Virus record (IMG/VR): IMGVR_UViG_3300042924_001089
Coordinates: 1 to 35,274 of that record
Source of the DNA: a virus
Taxonomy: Duplodnaviria > Caudoviricetes
Strand: one strand, 5' to 3'
Length of the DNA: 35,274 nt
Shown: positions 8,815 to 14,927 of the stretch, one piece after another
How positions within the stretch are numbered: position 1 is the stretch's first letter
How the letters are laid out: each line of letters starts with the position of its first letter
Notes under the pieces: model-generated
Told to the model about the DNA's origin: nothing
The model's input: the letters and a program-made list of their open reading frames with translations, nothing else
Database searches by the model: none
Translations under genes and position numbers: made by a program

Positions 8815-9841
8815 CTAATAACTTCCCTGGATATACTTCAGGAGAAAAGTTTTCGTAATTATTAACTAAGTCCCATTCATAAAACTCGGGAGATAAATGG
8901 ACAGATCCAGGTTTTTCCATGTAAGTTTTAGCATAGTCTTCTGGATCAATCATGTACCAATTTGTTGGCCACTCATGAACATTGTCAAATTGATATTTCA
9001 TTTCATTGGTCATAACTTGACGAACCCTGTCACGTGAAGGATGAGACCCATAAAAAGCTGTGCCTTTGTAGAATCCTGTTTTTGGAATTTTACGCTCTTC
9101 GAACTCAATAGGATATGGAGCAGTAACCTCAAATGTTCCTATTTTTCCTTTTTGCTGCATGTGTTCTAAATGCATTCTAAGATTACTGACTAATCTACGT
9201 GCTGAACCTTCAGGATCTAGTTGTCTGCATAAATGGTGTCTTATGTCTACATTTCCTGCGTAAATTACTAAATGAGGTACAAAATAATCAGGAAGGTAAG
9301 GTTCTATTCCTCTTTCAGTTAAACCATGTAAAGTCAAACCATCATGACGATAAACAACCGTGTTTGCTCTGTATCTAGAAATTGAATGAGAGTCGCCAAT
9401 AACTACTCGCTGAATGTCCAAAACAAGATCTTCATGTTTAATAACTTCGCATTTCATGAGATCACGAATCTTAGTCCATTCTGATTCTGTAAAATCAAAA
9501 TCAGTCTTTGCGGCACGTGGACGTAGAATTCTTTCAATGTCACCAATAGGCATATCTAAAGCTTTAATATTTGCAAGATCCATATCTAAAACTCTGGCGA
9601 TTCTGTCTCTAGTTTCTTGAGTATATCCACCAAATAGATTAAAGACTTCACCTTTGAATTCCATAGGAGTTGATACTAACCATGTGCCTTCTTTGACAAG
9701 TTGGTCATTGCCAAAAGCAATTTCAGATTTAGTATTAAAAGCATTGTCGACCATGCACTTCTGCATTCTTGGCCAAGCAGATCTATGACTAGCAATTCGA
9801 TCTGTAAATGAGGTGACTACATCATCTAATACGTATTTCAT
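8807..9841 (-). CDS. SGNH/GDSL-like protein in the modification cluster
   Basis: IGDSH (block I), GLTLHG, AGNVDIR (block III-like), GSVHLS (block V-like His). Confidence 0.55.
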   Translation of the reverse strand: MKYVLDDVVTSFTDRIASHRSAWPRMQKCMVDNAFNTKSEIAFGNDQLVKEGTWLVSTPMEFKGEVFNLFGGYTQETRDRIARVLDMDLANIKALDMPIGDIERILRPRAAKTDFDFTESEWTKIRDLMKCEVIKHEDLVLDIQRVVIGDSHSISRYRANTVVYRHDGLTLHGLTERGIEPYLPDYFVPHLVIYAGNVDIRHHLCRQLDPEGSARRLVSNLRMHLEHMQQKGKIGTFEVTAPYPIEFEERKIPKTGFYKGTAFYGSHPSRDRVRQVMTNEMKYQFDNVHEWPTNWYMIDPEDYAKTYMEKPGSVHLSPEFYEWDLVNNYENFSPEVYPGKLLDV

Positions 9842-10269
9842 TCTATGTGCTCACAAGCAATTGGAGTACATAGAACAGCCGCGTCATCAAATGCTCGTCC
9901 ACAGGTTTTGCACTTACCTTCTACGCCATCGTAACCTAAAAGTTGGCGTTTAGCATTTTTATCTGCTTTTTCAAAGTAAAGATCTAGAATGGACTGTTCA
10001 TTAACACCTGCAACTAAGACTAAATTAGCCCAGAAATGAAGCACATCTATCATTTCACCTACAAAAGCAGCACGATTGAAATGCCGACTTGTAGCCCATG
10101 GTTTCCAACCAGTTTCATTCAATGCTTCATGCAATTCATCTGTTAAAGCCAAGGACATGTCACGAATGTATTGAGCTCGTTGTTCTTCATCAAGAGTGGT
10201 AACGTCCACTCCATATGACTTAAGTTGTAGTTTTCTTTGATTATCTAAAATCATTTGTAAAGCACTCAT
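9838..10269 (-). CDS. all-alpha (dimeric) dUTPase/dCTPase, MazG superfamily
   Basis: DELHEALNE.GWKPW, EMIDVLHF, K..KN..RQ. Confidence 0.85.
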   Translation of the reverse strand: MSALQMILDNQRKLQLKSYGVDVTTLDEEQRAQYIRDMSLALTDELHEALNETGWKPWATSRHFNRAAFVGEMIDVLHFWANLVLVAGVNEQSILDLYFEKADKNAKRQLLGYDGVEGKCKTCGRAFDDAAVLCTPIACEHIE

Positions 10270-10691
10270 GGTTTTACCTCCTGTTTTAATGAAATGTTAA
10301 ATGTTCTTGCTAATTCAGCAATGGCACCTAGATCGTAAATCGTTCCATCTATCAGATCAGAATACATGACAGAAGTAATTCCATAACTAGCAATTACTTT
10401 TATACATTCAGAACATGGATGATGCGTACAATACATATAACCATTTTTTGTTTGATCTGGAGTGCAATAACGCAATGCGTTCACCTCTGCGTGTATTACA
10501 AAACCACGCCTAGCGTCTCTATCCTCCCACGGAATCGTGACGCCAGGCGCAGTCCCATTGTAGCCGATGCTAATTATGCTTCTATCCCCGCGTAGAACAC
10601 ATGCACCAACTTTTAGATATGGATCTTCACTGCGATAGGAGGCTGCTCTCGCAATCTCCAATCCATATTTGTCCCAAGACATTCGAGTCAT
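10266..10691 (-). CDS. dCMP deaminase
   Basis: SEDPYLKVGA, GYNG, HAEVNAL, PCSEC zinc motifs. Confidence 0.92.
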   Translation of the reverse strand: MTRMSWDKYGLEIARAASYRSEDPYLKVGACVLRGDRSIISIGYNGTAPGVTIPWEDRDARRGFVIHAEVNALRYCTPDQTKNGYMYCTHHPCSECIKVIASYGITSVMYSDLIDGTIYDLGAIAELARTFNISLKQEVKP

Positions 10692-11239
10692 GACTCAACA
10701 ACCGCCAGGTGTTTGATGATAAGAGCAATCTCATCATCAGTTAAGTCACTACTCGAACTTATTTCACGGCTTACTAGGCCGCGTACTGCCGCTAAGATGG
10801 CATCCTTCTCTGTGATGCCTTGCGTTCCTAGCAACTCTACTATTTGCTTTAAACCAGGATTTGCACGTTTCATCATAACTTTATCTGGTTTGTTGCGTTC
10901 AATTGCAAGTTCTACTTCTTCTTTGCTTGCAATTGCTTTATCGATGCCAATACCTAAAGCGCCAATGGCTCTACCCCAGCAACTAGTTTCAAGGTTCTGT
11001 ATTTCACTACCTCGAGTAAAGTTAGTTTTACCAGGTAAATATTCTTGAGCAGTACCAACACCAGGTTTCTCATCTTGTGGATTGCGATAAGCATAAGCTC
11101 TACCTATTACAATTACTTGATCTCCCACTGTCTGGAACTGCAAATCAGGATCCATTTGCAACGAACCTTCTGGATACTTTTCATAGAATAGTTTAATTCT
11201 GTGAGGTACATCTACATAATTTTCAAGACGCTTGTCCAT
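10688..11239 (-). CDS. putative single-strand annealing protein (Rad52/Sak-like)
   Basis: YVDVPHRI...ETSCWGRAIGALGIG; adjacent to an exonuclease gene. Confidence 0.55.
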   Translation of the reverse strand: MDKRLENYVDVPHRIKLFYEKYPEGSLQMDPDLQFQTVGDQVIVIGRAYAYRNPQDEKPGVGTAQEYLPGKTNFTRGSEIQNLETSCWGRAIGALGIGIDKAIASKEEVELAIERNKPDKVMMKRANPGLKQIVELLGTQGITEKDAILAAVRGLVSREISSSSDLTDDEIALIIKHLAVVES

Positions 11240-11993
11240 TTAATCCCCCTATTTGTGTCAATAAACTTTCAATGTGTTCTAATCTGTTTGCCAAATCAAT
11301 AACAGTTAGAAAAGAATCCCATGCTAGATCTGCATCTGTAACTTCATGGAAAGTTGTACCATTAACAGATACGTGAACAATGCCTAAACCATCTAGAATA
11401 GGCAAAGATTGTTCATTGCCTTCTTCATCAAGATAGAAATCTGCATTTGCGTATGCTGCAATTTGCATTGCCATTTCGCCATATACTCCAGCACTGGTTT
11501 TCCAATCACAAAGATAAGTCTTACCAGCTAATGGACCATTGCCAAACTTAAGAATTGCATCAAAAGTACCAGCATAACCGTGAACTCTGTTTGCTACAAC
11601 TTTCTCGGTCAATACAGGAATTACTTCCCATTGATCTAGCCATTCTACATAGCCGTTGACGTATTCAGCAAACTCGCCAGCAACTTCTGCTTCTCCTCCA
11701 TGAATGATAGTTTCAGCAATTGAATGGATCTCTGTTCCTCGTGCTCCTGCTTTGTCTCTTTGATTCCAAGGAATCATTTTTAAGAACTTGACAGCTTCTT
11801 CACGTTCACGGTTAATTAGATTAGGAAGATTTGCAAAATTGTCATAGACATATTCTGCAACTAGTTTTGCACTCCAATATGGAAGTGCAGGTTTAGGCAT
11901 ACCAGATCCAATGAGAGTAGTAACACCTTTGACAGGTTGGCCATCAAGAACATACTTGTGACCACGCTTTGTTTCAATGCGTTCTAGTCCCAT
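11223..11993 (-). CDS. PD-(D/E)XK (Cas4/RecB-like) exonuclease
   Basis: GVTT, RGTEIH, YAGTFD, DWKTS, QIAAY. Confidence 0.85.
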   Translation of the reverse strand: MGLERIETKRGHKYVLDGQPVKGVTTLIGSGMPKPALPYWSAKLVAEYVYDNFANLPNLINREREEAVKFLKMIPWNQRDKAGARGTEIHSIAETIIHGGEAEVAGEFAEYVNGYVEWLDQWEVIPVLTEKVVANRVHGYAGTFDAILKFGNGPLAGKTYLCDWKTSAGVYGEMAMQIAAYANADFYLDEEGNEQSLPILDGLGIVHVSVNGTTFHEVTDADLAWDSFLTVIDLANRLEHIESLLTQIGGLNGQAS

Positions 11994-12319
11994 GAACTCT
12001 TCAAAGTTCTCTTAGTAAAGAAATTAGCAAGTCCTTTTTCGTTTGCCTCAATTAGTCTTGAGTATCGACTTGCATAATTATTCGAGATAGCAAATTGGTC
12101 CCCCGAAGATCTAATACCAATCTCCCATCGAAGTTTGTTGATTAGCAAATCAATGGAACAAATATCGTGGCCTGCTGATTTCCATTGATAAGCAAGATCA
12201 ACTAATTGACGATAGATGTGTGGATTCTCATGATGAAACTTGTTGAACTGTTCATCAATCGGATCTGCCAATAAAGATAATTGCTTTGGTTCGAACCATT
12301 CCCTGGCGGTTTCTGACAT
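11984..12319 (-). CDS. hypothetical phage protein
   Basis: 111-aa ORF coupled to neighbours; FH.ENP..Y, LRWE, ISNNY...YSR. Confidence 0.75.
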   Translation of the reverse strand: MSETAREWFEPKQLSLLADPIDEQFNKFHHENPHIYRQLVDLAYQWKSAGHDICSIDLLINKLRWEIGIRSSGDQFAISNNYASRYSRLIEANEKGLANFFTKRTLKSSWD

Positions 12320-12320
12320 T

Positions 12321-12761
12321 TTATGCCTTTCGTTTTAGTAGAGTTGGTACTAGTTCATTGCATTTTGAGTTGACTGCCCAATGTGTCCAACCGGACCAAT
12401 GGTATTTTGCATTCAACGCTGCTACAAATCCTACATCTTGGTAGATAGGTTCCCATTGATCTATGGACTTTGATTGCAGGTGTTTCACCAGCTTCTTAGT
12501 CTTAGACTTCGGCATTCCATAATCTACTAATCTGTTTGCAACCATAAAAGATAAACCATGTCTCCATTGCTTATCTAAGAATTGCCATCGTCCTCTTGCG
12601 GAAGACTGATCTCCTACTGCTTTGTAGTTACCTCTAGATTCATGATGACTTACACATTTTGCGTAAGCAATCTGATCTTGAGGAACTCGTGCTGCTGCTG
12701 TTTTATAGTCCACCGCATTGGCATTTGGTGATACTAATAAAAAGGCTACAGCGATTGCCAT
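12321..12761 (-). CDS. secreted lytic transglycosylase / Rpf-like lysozyme-fold protein
   Basis: Hydrophobic N-terminus ending ANA; CVSHHESRGNY.A...SSARGRWQF...W. Confidence 0.72.
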   Translation of the reverse strand: MAIAVAFLLVSPNANAVDYKTAAARVPQDQIAYAKCVSHHESRGNYKAVGDQSSARGRWQFLDKQWRHGLSFMVANRLVDYGMPKSKTKKLVKHLQSKSIDQWEPIYQDVGFVAALNAKYHWSGWTHWAVNSKCNELVPTLLKRKA

Positions 12762-12845
12762 GACCTTCAGACATCGTTCCTCTGACGGCGGACAGATACA
12801 GCATAAATAAACACAAACATAGTTGCCTCCTAGTCGTTGTGTTAG

Positions 12846-13028
12846 TTAGCTTTTGGTTCCATTCATCAATGCATCTAATGCATCTTGATAAACGTAACGT
12901 AAGTTTGAAGGTGTTTTGTAACCTTCAACTTTTCCAAGATCAACCCAACGTCGTACTGTTCGTGAGTTGCGTCCAATGAGCTTTGCAGCTTGCCCCGTTG
13001 TTAGGGACTTTCTATTTTCATTTGTCAT
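12846..13028 (-). CDS. MerR/Xis-like HTH DNA-binding protein
   Basis: LTTGQAAKLIGRNSRTVRRWVDLGK...TPSNLRY; probably leaderless, ATG at 13028. Confidence 0.85.
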   Translation of the reverse strand: MTNENRKSLTTGQAAKLIGRNSRTVRRWVDLGKVEGYKTPSNLRYVYQDALDALMNGTKS

Positions 13029-13046
13029 GTGCACATCCTAAACTGT
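13026..13046 (-). promoter_or_regulatory. putative promoter for the HTH-to-replication operon (leaderless)
   Basis: ACAGT-t-TAGGAT-gtgcac-ATG; same layout as the two divergent promoter candidates. Confidence 0.55.
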
Positions 13047-13131
13047 CCGTAGTGACCATTCGACCATTGCCGCATGGTGTTTTATCAGCGGACATAAACA
13101 TAAAAATAAATTATGCTATACAATCCGCATG

Positions 13132-13169
13132 CGATTAACCGGTTTACCTGGCGGTTCTCCGGTTAATCG
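13132..13169. repeat. perfect 11-bp inverted repeat with AACCGCCAGG in the loop
   Basis: CGATTAACCGG (13132-13142) / CCGGTTAATCG (13159-13169). Confidence 0.85.
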
Positions 13170-13309
13170 TCCAACATACATTCAACCATAGTTCCCCAAC
13201 AATAACCATCTTCTGTCCACCAAAGATTCATGGACACTTGCCAGATTGCCCACAAACCAATCAAGATCAATACAGCACGAACTCGCTTGCCACGCTTAGT
13301 TAGTTTCAT
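13163..13309 (-). CDS. small membrane protein (48 aa)
   Basis: MKLTKRGKRVRAVLILIGLWAIWQ...; AAGGGG RBS before ATG 13309. Confidence 0.7.
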   Translation of the reverse strand: MKLTKRGKRVRAVLILIGLWAIWQVSMNLWWTEDGYCWGTMVECMLDD

Positions 13310-13412
13310 TATTAGTCCCCTTAGTTTGTTGACAAGAACAGACTTCAACATCATATTCCTCCTGATGAGAGTGATAGATATATCCTTTTCCATAACATAG
13401 ATTACAAGTCAT
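13296..13412 (-). CDS. Cys-rich micro-protein (38 aa)
   Basis: MTCNLCYGKGY...VCSCQ; not in ORF track. Confidence 0.6.
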   Translation of the reverse strand: MTCNLCYGKGYIYHSHQEEYDVEVCSCQQTKGTNNETN

Positions 13413-13560
13413 TGGATTCATCCAAATCCCAAGCAATCTCAGAGTTTATGCATATTGGAACAACACAAACCCATCGCGGCATTCCACTGTATGCTCTACT
13501 GGAAACCATGACATCAGATCCGCACGCAGCACATTTTAATTTACCAGATCTAATACTCAC
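13402..13560 (-). CDS. Cys-rich micro-protein (52 aa)
   Basis: GTG start overlapping the upstream TGA; CAACG...C-x4-C. Confidence 0.6.
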   Translation of the reverse strand: MSIRSGKLKCAACGSDVMVSSRAYSGMPRWVCVVPICINSEIAWDLDESNDL

Positions 13561-13697
13561 GATGCGCTCACAAGTTTGTCATGTAATTCGGCACAATTTG
13601 TGCAAACTCCAGCAATGAAATGCTCACCATTGTCATATTTGTACCAACGATTTTGCATTTTATTAGTTTCTTTACCGCACATATGACAAACTTTCAT
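13557..13697 (-). CDS. Cys-rich micro-protein (46 aa)
   Basis: MKVCHMCGK...VCTNC; ATGA coupling. Confidence 0.65.
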   Translation of the reverse strand: MKVCHMCGKETNKMQNRWYKYDNGEHFIAGVCTNCAELHDKLVSAS

Positions 13698-13870
13698 GAT
13701 TCAGATCCTCTCATGAGTCTGCCCCATACCGCAAGCATTTCAATTTCTGATTCGAAACGTCCATCAGCTTTTGCGCGGTCAATGATTTCATTGACGCTAG
13801 ATAGTTCAGGATAATCTGAACGAAGTTTTGCAGCAAACTGAGTTGCCCATTCTTTAGTTAAGTGAGTCAT
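13694..13870 (-). CDS. hypothetical protein (58 aa)
   Basis: MTHLTKEWATQFAAKLRSDYPELSS...; TAATG coupling, AGGAG RBS. Confidence 0.7.
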   Translation of the reverse strand: MTHLTKEWATQFAAKLRSDYPELSSVNEIIDRAKADGRFESEIEMLAVWGRLMRGSES

Positions 13871-14085
13871 TAGATCATCTCCTTTTTTGTAGCAATTGCA
13901 ATTTCCATTACCATGTCATCAGCAGTTTGCTTTTGATCTTGTGTCATGCGACTGTAGTATTCAGCATATTCTTCTTGTGATGAACGACCTTCAACATAAT
14001 TAAGAACGATTTTTGTTAAAAGGAATTTAACTGGAAGTCCACATGTGTAGTTCCAATTGATTTGTTCTTGTGACATTGTGTTCAT
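13870..14085 (-). CDS. hypothetical protein (71 aa)
   Basis: Start taken at ATG 14085 (TAATG coupling). Confidence 0.65.
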   Translation of the reverse strand: MNTMSQEQINWNYTCGLPVKFLLTKIVLNYVEGRSSQEEYAEYYSRMTQDQKQTADDMVMEIAIATKKEMI

Positions 14086-14279
14086 TAGTTTGCCTCTGCA
14101 ATCTTTGAAGCGACGCAAAGTGCTGTGTAACCAACTCCGTACATTTCAATTTCTTTATTATTCAAAGAAATAACCCATGAATCGTTAACATTTTTTACTA
14201 CACGGACATTTCCTTTTGGTGATACATAATGAAATCCAACTTTTGAATCATCAAGTACCTTTATCATTTTGTGTGACAT
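14085..14279 (-). CDS. hypothetical early protein (64 aa)
   Basis: Strong AGGAGG RBS; first gene of the leftward unit. Confidence 0.75.
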   Translation of the reverse strand: MSHKMIKVLDDSKVGFHYVSPKGNVRVVKNVNDSWVISLNNKEIEMYGVGYTALCVASKIAEAN

Positions 14280-14287
14280 TTTGTCCT

Positions 14288-14334
14288 CCTGGCGGTTAGT
14301 ATGAGCGGTTGCTCATAGGATCAATATACACTGT
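14288..14334 (-). promoter_or_regulatory. leftward early promoter and leader
   Basis: ACAGT-g-TATATT-gatcct-ATGAGCAACCGCTCAT hairpin, then AACCGCCAGGAGG RBS. Confidence 0.6.
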
Positions 14335-14602
14335 TTGTGGACATATATCCACCATTTGTGGAAATGTTTCTAAAAGATCTTATTTACTAGAACATCTGTT
14401 CTGGCTGGTGGCACATAAGTTAACCAGAACCGCCAGGATCCACCAGGACGCGGGTCCATTTGTGGTGAGTATAAATATACTCGGATTGATATGCCCGTGG
14501 TCCTGGGACAAACCTGGCCGCTCGATCTGGACATATCAAGATCTAAAAGGTTCCAAAAGGATCCAAAAAAATCTTTTCAATAGAGTGTACAAATACCGGT
14601 GG

Positions 14603-14656
14603 ACAGTATTGAATGTACCTATGAGCAACCAACCGGTTGCCATAAACCGCCAGGAG
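14603..14656 (+). promoter_or_regulatory. rightward early promoter and leader
   Basis: ACAGT-a-TTGAAT-gtacct-ATGAGCAACC...GGTTGC hairpin, then AACCGCCAGGAG RBS. Confidence 0.55.
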
Positions 14657-14662
14657 TAAAAA

Positions 14663-14845
14663 ATGGGAATAGCAATCGGAACTACAATCACAGTTACATT
14701 CGATGCAAAGCAAATTGCACAACTTGATTGTGTATTGCAAGAGTTTGAAATGAAAAACTACATGCAAGAAAATGAACACCAAAAGATCAATGTTGAGCGT
14801 GTAGATAATATTTTTCGTGCATTACACGCTGCAGGATATCGCTAA
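14663..14845 (+). CDS. hypothetical protein (60 aa)
   Basis: AGGAG RBS; stop codon abuts the ribozyme. Confidence 0.75.
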   Translation: MGIAIGTTITVTFDAKQIAQLDCVLQEFEMKNYMQENEHQKINVERVDNIFRALHAAGYR

Positions 14846-14900
14846 GGACGAAACACTCCATAAGGAGTGTCCAGTGTTAAATGACACTGCTGATGAGTCC
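14846..14900 (+). ncRNA. type II hammerhead ribozyme
   Basis: GGAC-GAAA-CACTCC(ATAA)GGAGTG-TC-CAGTGTT(AAAT)GACACTG-CTGATGA-GTCC: complete core, three paired stems, GUC cleavage triplet ending at 14871. Confidence 0.93.
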
Positions 14901-14927
14901 ATCAGAATAAATCGCCAGGAGGAAAAA

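Noticed and set aside
12846-13034. Excisionase implying an integrating prophage
   Set aside because: No integrase, att-like site or host genes in the window; Xis-like HTH proteins are also common regulators
14309-14782. ORFs 14309..14659 (+) and 14543..14782 (-)
   Set aside because: They span the divergent promoter region or run antisense to a better-supported gene; no RBS or recognisable motifs
14846-14900. Hammerhead as part of a retrozyme or other mobile RNA element
   Set aside because: Only one copy found by eye, no flanking long repeats and no reverse transcriptase in the window
10700-14919. AACCGCCAGG copies as a CRISPR array
   Set aside because: Too short, irregularly spaced and on both strands; the Cas4-like nuclease sits with an annealing protein, as in phage recombination modules
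14817-14927. 37-aa N-terminal extension of DUF932 in the ORF track
   Set aside because: Overlaps the upstream gene and the hammerhead; a strong AGGAGG sits before ATG 14928
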